DNA from: Candidatus Heimdallarchaeota archaeon
Lineage (GTDB): Archaea > Asgardarchaeota > Heimdallarchaeia > Hodarchaeales > Hodarchaeaceae
DNA length: 64,000 bases
Assembly: GCA_011364965.1 (NCBI GenBank)
Contig: RDOB01000003.1
Coordinates: 528,939-592,938 of the forward strand
Reading direction: 5' to 3'
Both the position numbers and the translations under genes were made by a program. The notes under the pieces are model-generated. The model was not told the DNA's origin. It ran no database searches and saw nothing but the letters and a program-made list of their open reading frames with translations. Position 1 is the first letter of the stretch; each line of letters begins with the position of its first letter. Positions 12,170-23,689 of this stretch are shown here, one piece after another.

Positions 12170-12658
12170 ATGGAACTAGTAATGCAAGATGTCTGGGAAA
12201 AAATTCAATCGATTCGTCAGAGTCGGAAAGATCCTGAGAAGTTAAATTTGTTACTCAATGAATGGGAAAGAGAGTTTGGTGCTGAATATAATCAGATAGC
12301 AGAGGAGCTAGTAGCAGAACATACCCGTGCTGCTTTTTCGAAATTTTCTTCCGAAAAAGGGCTTTCATCCTTAAATGATTTGATCAGGATTCTTTGGGAA
12401 CAATGGACTGATGGAGAATTTACTATTGAGAGAACTGAAACAACAGTCCAAATTTATTGCACAAAATGTCCAATAGCAGATACTTACAGGTCGATTCACC
12501 AAGAACAGTATGGCTTGATATTTCATTGTAACGAAGATCCTTTTATCGTCGAAGGGTATAATCCAAAAATAAAATTCAAGCGCACAAAAACGCTAATGAA
12601 TGGGGATGAGTATTGTGACCACTTTTACTCTCTAGATTTGACAAAAAAGGATAAGTAA
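12170..12658 (+). CDS. L-2-amino-thiazoline-4-carboxylic acid hydrolase-like (V4R-related) protein
   Basis: CTKCP...HCNED...FKRTKTLMNGDEYCDH. Confidence 0.85.
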   Translation: MELVMQDVWEKIQSIRQSRKDPEKLNLLLNEWEREFGAEYNQIAEELVAEHTRAAFSKFSSEKGLSSLNDLIRILWEQWTDGEFTIERTETTVQIYCTKCPIADTYRSIHQEQYGLIFHCNEDPFIVEGYNPKIKFKRTKTLMNGDEYCDHFYSLDLTKKDK

Positions 12659-13189
12659 ACAGACCATATCAACCTTAACAGAGCTATGGTGAACACATTT
12701 TGGTAGGGGATTCTTCATAACAGGTAATTCTAAATCTGGTTCCCCGTGGATTAATCTTTTTCATTTAACTTTGTTAGTAGAATGGCACCAATTGGAATTG
12801 AGAGTAATTTCGGGAGTTAGAAGCAGTAGAACTACGAAAAAACATGATACATATACAATCTGAGAATATATTTTATTTTTGTTTAACATATCATGTATCA
12901 TATTAATTTCTCGAACACAAACAGAGAAAAGCATAAGGTAAACGAACTAAAAGCAATTAGCTGATTAATAATTGACAGCAAAAAGACTGATAGTAATCTG
13001 CATATTAAAAAATCTTTAGTATAAGAAAACTGCTCTGTTGATCGCTTATATGTCCTTGTTTATAATAATTAAGGGACAAGATAAATTGTTAAGGAAAGGA
13101 ATATCCGCGACCTCAATTAGGGAATATAAATAGGAAAATGCTGTTATTGGAAGAAAAAATTAGAAGGATGAAGCTGGATTGGAATAACT

Positions 13190-14977
13190 TCATAGTTTTC
13201 TATAACGGATTAATGCAACACCGAAAGTTCCAGATACAAGAACCATTGCAACAAGAATTCCTCCTAAGAGATGAACTGGAAATTCTTTTAGCGGATAATT
13301 CGTTAAACTAGGGATTACACTCGAGTACTTAGGATCATGTATGATTCCATAACCATCCCAGTTAATGTAACATACAGAGTAATAATAAGTCCCTCCAATA
13401 AATGAATCATCAAATCCAAAGTCATCTGCAACACCTGCTTGATGATAAATATCCCTACCAAAAGCCCACATAGGTACAATTGCAATACCTACCTCGTATT
13501 CATTGTTATCCTTAATCCAAGTATAGATATTTTCAATTTCTACAGCAACGGGGGTAAACTCAAATTTCTCACTCTCAGAGCTAATTTTAAATTCAAAAGT
13601 TTGATCCCAATCACTAGAATTGTATACAGCTTCATCCGAGGACATAATCTCACCAGATTCTGCATTAGCCAATGTTAAGTCATAGGATTGAGGATTATAC
13701 GAGAATACAGACGACCAGTAGTTAATAGCTAGACTTAATTCCTGAAATTCAGGAGAAATCTCCCCTGTGTCACTATCTAGAAAATCGCCAACGATTTGAT
13801 CTACTTTTAACAGAGCTAAATTATCAACAACACTGAAACGAAACTTGAACTCAATCTCAGGTATTAAGACCTCAATGATCACTGGTTCATATTCTACAGG
13901 TGATTCATTCAGAGGATCAATAGACTCAATCATCCAAATATTATTAGACCAAAGCTCCGCATAAATATTAGTGAGTTTAATCGCCCAAACAATCTGATTA
14001 CTATCAACATATGGCAATACAACTTCTGATAGTGTAGAATTAACCAACCAGACCTCAAATACTAGTTCAGAAATGTCTGCCCTATACACTCCAGCAGGAT
14101 CAGTTGACAACGCCGTCTCTGCTAGCTCTCCTAGAGCATAATAACTATCGTAGGAAATATCAATAATTCCATTCTTATTTGAGTCATTAAAGATTGAAAA
14201 ACCCTCAAAGAAATGCTGGATCTCAAACGGGAAGTAGGTGTCTCCACCAGTTAATCTCAACAAACTTATTTGATAAACTGAGAAGCCAAACATTGAATAA
14301 CAACCACGATCTTCATAAATAAAACTCTCATTGTACCATGAAGCCCATTCATATTCAGGTGCAAGAATAACATCCACTGAATTTACGGGTTCATCAAACT
14401 CATTAAACCAAGTATAATTCTCCTGAATATAGTACTCATAACCCCATTCAAAGGAATAAATTCTCGTAGAATAGTATACTTCATCACCTGTGTAACTAAT
14501 AGGATCTACTTCCCAGATGGAACTTGTAGAAGAGAGATTAGTAATGAGAGATTGATCAGGATCGACAATAGTCTCCACAACAAACTCGGTTGAATTCCAA
14601 GATCCAGTCCAGTCCCAACGTGAATCAATATGAATATTATAAGCGCTTCCGTTAACATCATAGACTATTATCTGGTAGGGATCCCGGATCGGGCCAGTAG
14701 TGGGGTCAGGTTCACTAGGATCGACAGAAATCGTAGCTGTACTTGCATTTTCATATTTCTCTATCCAATTTTCTTCATAGGTTTCACTTAAGTTGTACCA
14801 GGAATAACGGACAAAGATACCAGGAAGCATCTCTTCAAAATTGCTGTTAGAAATCGATAAATGAGAAGGATCTGTGAAATTTAACAAAAATCCATTACAA
14901 GTTGTTGTGGAAGCAAAAATAAATAACAGAATAAAACTCCCAACTGTCGATATTGACAAAATTTTTCTTCGTTCCAT
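13190..14977 (-). CDS. Large acidic cell-surface glycoprotein with C-terminal membrane anchor
   Basis: Signal peptide from MERRK (ATG 14977, GGTGA upstream); DSNKNGIID, HDP motif, TM helix and RYRKL tail. Confidence 0.8.
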   Translation of the reverse strand: MERRKILSISTVGSFILLFIFASTTTCNGFLLNFTDPSHLSISNSNFEEMLPGIFVRYSWYNLSETYEENWIEKYENASTATISVDPSEPDPTTGPIRDPYQIIVYDVNGSAYNIHIDSRWDWTGSWNSTEFVVETIVDPDQSLITNLSSTSSIWEVDPISYTGDEVYYSTRIYSFEWGYEYYIQENYTWFNEFDEPVNSVDVILAPEYEWASWYNESFIYEDRGCYSMFGFSVYQISLLRLTGGDTYFPFEIQHFFEGFSIFNDSNKNGIIDISYDSYYALGELAETALSTDPAGVYRADISELVFEVWLVNSTLSEVVLPYVDSNQIVWAIKLTNIYAELWSNNIWMIESIDPLNESPVEYEPVIIEVLIPEIEFKFRFSVVDNLALLKVDQIVGDFLDSDTGEISPEFQELSLAINYWSSVFSYNPQSYDLTLANAESGEIMSSDEAVYNSSDWDQTFEFKISSESEKFEFTPVAVEIENIYTWIKDNNEYEVGIAIVPMWAFGRDIYHQAGVADDFGFDDSFIGGTYYYSVCYINWDGYGIIHDPKYSSVIPSLTNYPLKEFPVHLLGGILVAMVLVSGTFGVALIRYRKL

Positions 14978-15206
14978 AGCTTTTTCACCACAGAATAGGA
15001 AGTAGTTCCTTATCCTCTTATCATACTTATTCTTAATATAACTACGCATCAAACTGCTTATTTTGTGTTCAGAACAATTTCTGATCATTTAAAGCGTGGG
15101 AGGTTAAATATGTTTTACTCTCCAAAGAACGTTTTGCATCGTTCATTAAACACTCAGACTTACATTTTATGCCAGTGCATAACACATCAAAGTTTAATTC
15201 TCTTAA

Positions 15207-15785
15207 TTAAGACTTCGGATCATTAATCAAAAAAACCACGTTTGTTTTACCTTTTTTCTGACGTTTAACTATACCTTTCTGTTCCAGTGAAGATAAATTT
15301 GAACTGATAGTTGATTTACTTAACGAACACCCCTCCACCAACTCATGTTGAGCTATTTCAGAAGAAAATTGTCGTAAATAATTAATAATTCTCCACTCTA
15401 TGGCTGATAAGGTCACAATAGTAATTCTATCAACAGGCATATTGGATATGCCCCCTGCAAGACTGTTGTTGGAAATTAAAATGGAATTAGAATTTTTCGC
15501 AAAATCTGAAACAGATGAAAGGTGAGTAGTGGATGGTTCGGTTAAGATTTGCACTTGATCCTTTTTCTCTAATTCTAATTTAAGTGATTTGATAATTAGA
15601 AGAAAATTTAGAATTAAAGTAGCAATAGCTGTTAAAAGCAGAATTGTAGCGATCATAAAAAGGAGAAACCATTCAGAAATGAATGCAAGATACCATAGAA
15701 CAACACTGAGAAGGAAGAGAATACCACTGATAACTACTAAAAGAAAATCAACAATCGAGGTATTAACACTAATATGTTTGGGCAT
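15207..15785 (-). CDS. Membrane-anchored winged-helix regulator
   Basis: Two N-terminal TM helices; QHELVEGCSLSKSTISSNLSSLEQKGIVKRQKKGKTN. Confidence 0.8.
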   Translation of the reverse strand: MPKHISVNTSIVDFLLVVISGILFLLSVVLWYLAFISEWFLLFMIATILLLTAIATLILNFLLIIKSLKLELEKKDQVQILTEPSTTHLSSVSDFAKNSNSILISNNSLAGGISNMPVDRITIVTLSAIEWRIINYLRQFSSEIAQHELVEGCSLSKSTISSNLSSLEQKGIVKRQKKGKTNVVFLINDPKS

Positions 15786-15980
15786 GTATTCACCGAGTTA
15801 CGGTTAAATTTAATATTAAATAATGATCATTTAAACTATCTTTCTGAAATTTAAGTTCATTGAAAAGAAAAATTAATATGAAAGCAAAGCAATCTTCTTC
15901 CATCGAGTAGCTGCCAAACAACAACAGATCAAACAACCGCTTTTAGCAACATGATGATATTATTAGTAACCGTAATTGGA

Positions 15981-16290
15981 TTAACACTCCTTCGGAAAAA
16001 GATCTGAACCACCTGCTCCATAAGCTGATGTATCACCAATAATTAAATACCCTCCATCCGCTGTTTGAAAAATTGAGTTCCTTGATTTATAAGAATTGCC
16101 TTCAAAGGTTTTATTACACTCAAGATTGCTATTTAAATCATTTTTCAACAGTAGTACATCCTAGATTGGACTTATTGTAGAATATACCCCTGAAATAGCA
16201 AATCCACCATCATTTGACCTTACAATATCATAACCTTGATCAACTCCTTTCCCTCCAAAAGTATATCCTATGACTTTAAATTCCACCCTC
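15981..16290 (-). pseudogene. Remnant of a beta-propeller surface protein
   Basis: Manual translation TFGGKGVDQGYDIVRSNDGGFAISG...*DVLLLK...QTADGGYLIIGDTSAYGAGGSD, with in-frame TAG at 16161-16163. Confidence 0.7.
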
Positions 16291-16458
16291 TTGATAATAA
16301 TTTACGTCTATAACCGTATTTACTAAAGAATTTGAACTTAGAATTATAATTAATGCCCATATACACTAAACTTACTTTTCAAACTTATCAAGAAAAAAAA
16401 TTTATTTTTAAAGCTCATTTGAAATCAGATTGAAAAAATCAAACGAAGTTGATACATT

Positions 16459-17406
16459 TTGAAACCACTTGTTATTGATTTTCACGCAGATACGTTATTC
16501 AAACGGCATTACGCGCAAACATTGAAGCTTCTCACAGCAAAAATTCCAATTTTTCATGTAACCAAGGATAAACTTCTTGCAGGAGGAGTCGATGTTCAAA
16601 CTATGGCCCTTTTTACTCCGTCAACAGTCATAAATCTCAGTATCGAGTTAACCCTCCAGTTGATATCGTATGCATACGAAATGAGGGATAAAGAAGGATA
16701 TATTCTTATAAAAACAAAAACTGATTTTACCAAAGTGATACCTAGAGAAGTACCTGGAATCATTCTCAGTATCGAAGGAGCCAAACTATTGGAAAACAAT
16801 CTTGATCTTTTACCAGTATTTTATGAATTGGGAGTCCGAGCTATTGGATTGGTATGGTCAAGAAAGAATTATTTCGGACAAGGCGTCCCCGCAGAAAATG
16901 AGGGGATATCTGAAGAGGGAAAAGATCTCATATCACGAATGGAGGATCTGGGGATGATTGTCGATGTCTCTCACTTGAATGAAAAGGGTTTCGCAGATGT
17001 TGTGAAATATACCAATAATCCATTCATTGCATCGCATTCAAATAGTCAAACTCTATGTTCTTCAAAAAGGAACTTAACTGATAGTCAATTAATGGAATTA
17101 AAAAGTGTAGATGGGATTATTGGCATCAATTTCTGTCCTGCATTTCTCAACAATGACGCAACAAAAGCTTCAATCACAGATATATTCAAACACATAGATT
17201 ATATTAGCAATCTGATAGGAGTAGATCATATAGGGTTGGGTTCAGATTTTGACGGAATTACTCAGGTTCCAAAGGGAATGGAGGATGTTAGTAAGATTAA
17301 AGAAATACCCACTTTACTATTGGAGAGCTCCTATAGTAAGAAGGATGTTGAGAAGATAATGGGAGGAAATTTCTCTCGGATCATTTCTAAAGTATGGAAA
17401 AAATAG
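16459..17406 (+). CDS. Membrane dipeptidase (M19)
   Basis: DFHAD, SIEG, DVSH, ASHSN, GSDFDG. Confidence 0.93.
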   Translation: MKPLVIDFHADTLFKRHYAQTLKLLTAKIPIFHVTKDKLLAGGVDVQTMALFTPSTVINLSIELTLQLISYAYEMRDKEGYILIKTKTDFTKVIPREVPGIILSIEGAKLLENNLDLLPVFYELGVRAIGLVWSRKNYFGQGVPAENEGISEEGKDLISRMEDLGMIVDVSHLNEKGFADVVKYTNNPFIASHSNSQTLCSSKRNLTDSQLMELKSVDGIIGINFCPAFLNNDATKASITDIFKHIDYISNLIGVDHIGLGSDFDGITQVPKGMEDVSKIKEIPTLLLESSYSKKDVEKIMGGNFSRIISKVWKK

Positions 17407-17582
17407 TTAATCGCATTATTTTGTGAAGGATAAATTGAGAACGAGAGGGGTAGAGGGTTCTCATTACCAGCTAATGAAGCAACTTCATTAGAAGCTGAAA
17501 TATGCTATAAAAAATGGTTGTTTGCGGTAAAGAGTGAATTTTACAAAAATGAACAGGAAAGAAGTATAAAAAAAGAACATTA

Positions 17583-18770
17583 TTATGCAATTCGAGATGG
17601 AAGAGATTTGTCTCGAATCCATCGATGTGCACGAAATACTTCTTTTCCATATTTTTCAGCCAAGTTATCAAGGAATACCGTCAAATCATCTAAATCCATT
17701 TGCTCTACTAATTCAAATGGTCCCCATGGATTATGATAAAAATGTTTCATTCCTATATTAATATCAGCTACAGTAGCAATACCCTCTTCTAGAACTTTAA
17801 CTGCTTCATTAATTTGTACCCGCATTAAGTCGATTGGATCAAAATCTGCGGGATCTGACAGGTCAATAAACGGCCTCCTACCTCCGGAACGCCATTTATG
17901 AATTCCTTCCCCAGTTTTTCTACCTAGTTTATTTTCCTTCACTAACCTTGATATTGTGTCCGTTGGGGTATAATCTGGGGAAAGATGTTCCGCAAAATAT
18001 TGTGAGCTATCATATACAATATCTAGGCCCATATAATCAAGAAGCTCATAAGGCCCCATTACCATATTCATGTTCAAAGCTGCAGCATCAACCTTTGATG
18101 GGGAATATTCACCTCTATCAAGAAATAGTTGAATTAAAAGCAGTGATGGAGCCATGATGCGATTACATATGAAACCAGGACTATCTTTAGCAATAATGCA
18201 AGTTTTGCCCACCCTATGAGTAAAATCGATCACGAACTTAATTGTACTTTTCGCTGTTTTCTCTCCTCTAACGACTTCAATTACTTCAGCTAGAACAGGA
18301 GGAGGTGGAAAATGTAATCCAACAACTTTCTCAGGTCGTTGAGTTGCATGAGCAATTTCACTTATCCTGATTGTTGAAGTATTTGATGCTAATATTGTAT
18401 GATCAGGAGAAAACTTATCTAACTTGCTAAAGATCTCCTTTTTAAGCTCTAACTGCTCAGGGACTGCTTCAATACAAAGATCTGCATTTTTAACGGCTTC
18501 TCTCAGATTTGTGGTTGTCTCAAGATTCGTAAGCAGCTGCTTATATCTTCTTTCAGTTAGTTTGGCCTTTTGTACAAATTTTTTCAGGGACCAATCTATC
18601 AATGATACTCCTTCTGCAAGAATATCCCTGTTTAAATCAACAAGAGAAACATAGTAATCAGATAAAAGAGCAACTTCTGCAATACCATGACCCATGTGGC
18701 CTGCTCCCAGAACTACAACCTTATTACAGGTTTTAGCTTTGATATTAGAATTTACGTTCATATTGATCAC
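17583..18770 (-). CDS. 3-hydroxyacyl-CoA dehydrogenase
   Basis: GAGHMG, IEAVPE, ASNTS, PGFICNR, LGRKTGEG; duplicated C-terminal domain. Confidence 0.92.
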   Translation of the reverse strand: MINMNVNSNIKAKTCNKVVVLGAGHMGHGIAEVALLSDYYVSLVDLNRDILAEGVSLIDWSLKKFVQKAKLTERRYKQLLTNLETTTNLREAVKNADLCIEAVPEQLELKKEIFSKLDKFSPDHTILASNTSTIRISEIAHATQRPEKVVGLHFPPPPVLAEVIEVVRGEKTAKSTIKFVIDFTHRVGKTCIIAKDSPGFICNRIMAPSLLLIQLFLDRGEYSPSKVDAAALNMNMVMGPYELLDYMGLDIVYDSSQYFAEHLSPDYTPTDTISRLVKENKLGRKTGEGIHKWRSGGRRPFIDLSDPADFDPIDLMRVQINEAVKVLEEGIATVADINIGMKHFYHNPWGPFELVEQMDLDDLTVFLDNLAEKYGKEVFRAHRWIRDKSLPSRIA

Positions 18771-19000
18771 ATTTCTAAAGGGATTAATCTTTATTTAACT
18801 TCACTTGCTTGGATACACGGTGAAGTATCTAATATCAGGTGAAATATCTAATATTGAATGTCATTCCTCAAGTTTAATCCGAGCTAAAAAACTTCACTTT
18901 TATAATTAGACTTGGCGATTATAATTCAGATAGGACGAAAATAATTAGATTAATTATCGAGGAAAAGATTTTCTGAATTAAATTTTATTTTAGAAAGCAA

Positions 19001-19723
19001 TTAATTTCTTTTACTAATGAAATACCTCTGGTCACACACTTCATCACCATCAGATAGCGTGTGTTCTCTCTGATATTTACCACCTTCAACAAGATGTTCA
19101 GCGACGGAATAATCATAAGTACACCAACTTCTTCTGAAAAAAGTCATCTCTTCTTGCCCAAATTGCGTATAAAAATCATGAACAGCACATGAATAGATAT
19201 CCATATGATAAACGTCTCCCTCTTTATACAATTTTATTTTATAGCCTGGTTCACTGTATGGAAATTTCAAGGCATCTTCAAGGCGCTTTCCCAGAAAATC
19301 AGTCGGATTTTTCGCCCTAAATCTAGCTAATTTTAGTCTTAATGGGTCAAGTATTGGTATCACGCCCTTCATGTTCACACGAAGTTGCCATATCAAGTCT
19401 GCAACCAAGTTCGTGGCGTAAGCGGGATCTATTTTTTCTTTTACCATAGCTCTGTATAAAGCTAAGTGTATCAATCCACCATATTCATTCATGTAATTAC
19501 CAAGATTATCGTAGTCTTTGAAATAAGGCATTAATTCTTTAATATTCGATTTTGTTTGAAATATTATCCGTTCTATATCTTTGTATGTAAAACGACCTTG
19601 TTCAGGTACTCCATCCTGCCTGCATCTTGGAGTCAATATCTGGACTATTGCTTTTTTGTGAACTCCCCATGCCTTTCTACGGATTATTTTTTTGCCTAGT
19701 GGTTTGAAAATGGGTATTCTCAT
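19001..19723 (-). CDS. L-2-amino-thiazoline-4-carboxylic acid hydrolase-like protein
   Basis: SCAVHDFY...WCTYDY...REHTLSDGDEVCD. Confidence 0.82.
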   Translation of the reverse strand: MRIPIFKPLGKKIIRRKAWGVHKKAIVQILTPRCRQDGVPEQGRFTYKDIERIIFQTKSNIKELMPYFKDYDNLGNYMNEYGGLIHLALYRAMVKEKIDPAYATNLVADLIWQLRVNMKGVIPILDPLRLKLARFRAKNPTDFLGKRLEDALKFPYSEPGYKIKLYKEGDVYHMDIYSCAVHDFYTQFGQEEMTFFRRSWCTYDYSVAEHLVEGGKYQREHTLSDGDEVCDQRYFISKRN

Positions 19724-20228
19724 TTCATGTTCCTCTTAGCATATTGGTTACCTACCTGTTAAAAAGTATGTTCAAGTAAGCAATTTTACGAACTGTTCAC
19801 ATATGTGATTTAAAAAATGTTCTCAGAGGTAAACTTTTGAGAAATGTGGAACCATGGTTTGCAGATGAAAAGGATTTTACAGAAAAGGAGAGAAGTTTTA
19901 AAATGAAAAGAATGGACTGCAAAAGGTTCAGGCACAATCGATACCGTTATTTAATAACTCATCCTCAACATCGAGCAGAGGAACTTTAATTGTATCATTT
20001 CCTTGTGCAAACCCTGGTTTCATTGTTACATCTAGTAAATGTCCTCTTACTGATTCGAAGTGTTATTGGTCCGATAATAATTCTATAAAGGATTATTATG
20101 AGTTTTTTACATTTTTATATAGCCATTGCACATCTGCTATATAAGAGAAAAAGGAATAAGGAAAAGAAAAAGAGGATTTTAAGGAAAAACGAAGTTGAAT
20201 TAAAAATCTAGAATAGAAAACTAAAGCA

Positions 20229-21194
20229 TTGAGTTCGGTAGAGATTTTTATGATAAAAATTATTGAATCTGAGGATAAAAACATACTGTTGGATGAACGT
20301 GTAGCTTTAACTCATCAATATTGGAAAAGATATGGCTTAGTACCTTCAAATATATCTTTAAATGGGATTAAAGATAGGTTAATCAATTCCAGTGAAAATT
20401 TTCCTCCTAAAAAAATCTGGGTAGCCAAGGAAGAGGAAGAGGTACTAGGATGGTTATCAATTTCTCAGGAGGATAAACAAACCTTAGAATTAGGGAGATG
20501 GGAACCTGTTGTCAAAAACATTGCACAAGAAAATGTCGCAACTGGTTTACTAAAAAAATGTGTGGAATATGCATCAAACATACAAAATATACTTTCCTGT
20601 AGCTATTCCTGTGATAAAAACAGCAACAAAGTTTTCTTAAGATATTATCAGAACCTCTTCATAAGATGGGGTTTTAAGGTGACAGATGAAATCTCATTTA
20701 TGGTCTTAGATAAATGGATTTCTGGTGTAAACAAAAATTTTTCATCTGATTACAAAATTGTTAATATAAATGACATCGAAACTTCCAAAATCTCCGAATT
20801 ATCGTATAATATTTTTAAAAATGGAAAAGATAGACACATGAGACTTTCTAAGGAGAAAATGGACTTAGAAATAGAGAAAAAGCTCTCAGAGAATGTAATT
20901 GCAGACCTATCAGTTGCAATTAAAAAAAATGAGGAAGTTGTTGGTTTTTCTATTGTAAAAGATCGGGGATTTGATTACCATATTGATTTGATTGGAATAA
21001 AAGGACAATTTCAAGGCTTAGGCTTAGGAACTTATTTAATCAATCTTGCTGTAGAAAAATTGTCAACCAAGGACAGAAGGATAACACTTGGGGCTGATAA
21101 ATTAAATAGAGAAGCAAAGAAGTTCTATAGAAAATTAGGATTTGCAGAAAGACACATAATTGTTACTTTAGAAAGAAATACTTCTTTGGTATGA
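20229..21194 (+). CDS. Tandem GNAT acetyltransferase
   Basis: FQGLGLG acetyl-CoA motif, NREAKKFYRKLGF, degenerate N-terminal GNAT domain. Confidence 0.85.
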   Translation: MSSVEIFMIKIIESEDKNILLDERVALTHQYWKRYGLVPSNISLNGIKDRLINSSENFPPKKIWVAKEEEEVLGWLSISQEDKQTLELGRWEPVVKNIAQENVATGLLKKCVEYASNIQNILSCSYSCDKNSNKVFLRYYQNLFIRWGFKVTDEISFMVLDKWISGVNKNFSSDYKIVNINDIETSKISELSYNIFKNGKDRHMRLSKEKMDLEIEKKLSENVIADLSVAIKKNEEVVGFSIVKDRGFDYHIDLIGIKGQFQGLGLGTYLINLAVEKLSTKDRRITLGADKLNREAKKFYRKLGFAERHIIVTLERNTSLV

Positions 21195-21533
21195 ACTAAT
21201 CTTTCATTTAACCTTTAAACGAGAACAACGAGCGATTCCGTAGGATTTAGGACTCATTTCACAAAAGATATCCTAGTTTGAATCACTTAAAAAGTATTTT
21301 CTTTAAGAAATCAACTGGGGAAGCATACTAAAGGATATGAATTATATGATTCATACATAAATCAGTTTTCATTCATAATTTATTATCTATTTATAAATGC
21401 AAGATTATGCCGGTATTTAAATTTTTTAAAAGAATATTTCCATTTTGATATTCTTCTTATTTCAAGAAGGGAAGAGCATTTCGTAGTACTTTGAAGAAAT
21501 CCTGAGAGAAACTCTTGACTCAAAATAAGATGA

Positions 21534-23282
21534 TCAAGATTTTGAGGATTCCGTAATTCGAATTACAGCAAGAGATATTTGAAGAAAGGAAAGTAAACGA
21601 CCTTTATAAACCAAGTAGCGATCTTCCCAAGCAGGATTGAATTTTTGCTTAAAAAATTGTAATCCTTTAAAAGAAAAAATATTTTCTAAATAAGCGATTA
21701 ATTCTCGAAGGATTTTTCTAGTTAAATTTGAATCTTCTTCTTCGGATAGGCCTGCGAATGGTGCTAATCCCATGCTAAATTGTTTATATCCCTTTTCTTT
21801 CAGTTGTAAAATGTAAGACGCAAAAAGGAAATCCATAGCTCCATTGGGTATTACTTTCCTATGACGCATCAAATCTATTGTAACAGCATTCTTTTGATAT
21901 GAACGAATTTGATTAAGAAATGCAATAATTCTTCCTTGTGGATTTTCAAGAGTAATTACTGGTGTTTCCTGTAAGTAGCTTTCCTTAAATCTTCCAAGAG
22001 TAAAGGAACGTTCACGACGTCCTGATAAAAGCCATTCATCTGAAATTGATTTAATTTCTTGCATTATTTCAGGAGGATGTGGAGGAGTGTGAATAGTTAC
22101 TTTATATCCTGCCTTTGTTAACTTCTTCATTGTGCGACTAAATTTATATTCTTTAATTACGACACTAGAAAAATCATTAATATCTAATGAAGCTTCTTCT
22201 CCGATCTTAAAGACATTAAAACCTAGCTTCCTATAAAGAGGGATAAAATTAGGTAATGAATGATGAAAGGCTAATTGCCAGCCATTTTTAGTACAGTATT
22301 GTAGAAAATCTTTTATCAATACTTCGAGTTCTTCAAAAGGCCCTGATGGATCACCCAAACTTAGAGCAACCCCGTATTTTACCCGATAAGCAATAAATGA
22401 CTTTCTTGATTTTGAAAAATAGTAAGTTTTATCGGGCCATAATTTAAAGAAATCTATGCTAGAATTACCATATTTATCCAAAATTGCATCAGCTTCTTGT
22501 TGTTCAATTGGTAAGAGTTGGTATTGGTAAAAAATAGGTCTAAAAAGACTGATTATTGAAAGAAAAATAGTGATTGCAGTTAGGATATGTAGGGAGCTAA
22601 GAAACCAATGCCCTAATAAGGTTATAGCGAGTGTGTCTTCATGCTCTAGGAAAAAGATTATTTTTAAATTTGCTATAAAAGCTGTTGAAAGAGTATAGGT
22701 TGAATTTAAGTCTGATTTTTGTAACAAAAGAAAACCAATAGTTCCATAAGTCACTAGCACAACTAGCATTACCGAGCAAAGGATAAATCCATCTTTTATT
22801 CGGCTAATTTCACTTCTAACATGAAATTTACCTCGCAATAGGATTAAGAAGCTAATTTCAGCTATTGAGAATAAAATTAAGTATGAGGACTGTAATTGAA
22901 CAATATCAATAATACATGAGAGCATTAGAAGAGCAAGCGTAAGAACCCAAGCAATAAACTTTCTGTTTAATAGTTCAAAAGTAAGATAAATTAAAAACGT
23001 ACCTAAAAATATCCTTAGAGTGCTATTGACAAATCCAAGGTCTATTAAAAGAAAATCAGAAAGAAATAATGATTCATACGGAAATTTAATCAGAAGTGCA
23101 AAATAAAGATTTAATACTCCAAGAATAAATATTAAGGCACATAAAGTCCAAACTAGGATATTAGCTTTTAAATAATCATTAGAAAGAATAATTCGCAGCA
23201 AATGAACTGGATTAATCTTATGAATTGAAGAAATAGACTTAGTCCATGAATGAACGTCTTCTGGTTCTTCAGGAATCTGCAT
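21534..23282 (-). CDS. mprF: Aminoacyl-phospholipid synthase (MprF C-terminal / DUF2156 domain with TM region)
   Basis: LGDP, KIGEEA, DLMR, NGAMDFLF, MGLAP, FKGLQFFKQKFNPAWEDRYL. Confidence 0.88.
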   Translation of the reverse strand: MQIPEEPEDVHSWTKSISSIHKINPVHLLRIILSNDYLKANILVWTLCALIFILGVLNLYFALLIKFPYESLFLSDFLLIDLGFVNSTLRIFLGTFLIYLTFELLNRKFIAWVLTLALLMLSCIIDIVQLQSSYLILFSIAEISFLILLRGKFHVRSEISRIKDGFILCSVMLVVLVTYGTIGFLLLQKSDLNSTYTLSTAFIANLKIIFFLEHEDTLAITLLGHWFLSSLHILTAITIFLSIISLFRPIFYQYQLLPIEQQEADAILDKYGNSSIDFFKLWPDKTYYFSKSRKSFIAYRVKYGVALSLGDPSGPFEELEVLIKDFLQYCTKNGWQLAFHHSLPNFIPLYRKLGFNVFKIGEEASLDINDFSSVVIKEYKFSRTMKKLTKAGYKVTIHTPPHPPEIMQEIKSISDEWLLSGRRERSFTLGRFKESYLQETPVITLENPQGRIIAFLNQIRSYQKNAVTIDLMRHRKVIPNGAMDFLFASYILQLKEKGYKQFSMGLAPFAGLSEEEDSNLTRKILRELIAYLENIFSFKGLQFFKQKFNPAWEDRYLVYKGRLLSFLQISLAVIRITESSKS

Positions 23283-23689
23283 TAAATTTCACCATTTTTC
23301 TGGTTATAGCTCATTTCCTTTTACTAGAATATGAAATGGTAAAAAAGTTCTTATTTCAGCTAAAGTCTTACCATCATAAATGTTACTGGAATCTGTATTT
23401 TTTATGATATTTTTATTATTCCACCTTTTTTGAAAAAGACTATATATGACTAAACAAGAGCATGCATTTTTGTTTAGCCAAAAATAGATGATTCTAATAG
23501 TAATATTATGTAAAGCTCCTACAAAGCTTTTCTTGAGTTAAACGTTGGTTAAATTCAAAGATAACTTAATGAAGACTAAATAATATTATGAAATATTAGA
23601 GAATAGAAGTAAATTTATACCGAAAGGCAGTTTTTACAAAAAAGGACTAAAAATAAACATCATGAAGTATTAGAGGAGATAGATATGGT

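Noticed and set aside
18290-18325. HFPPPP instead of HFFNP in the 3-hydroxyacyl-CoA dehydrogenase
   Set aside because: The catalytic His and downstream Glu are retained; not enough to claim a changed function
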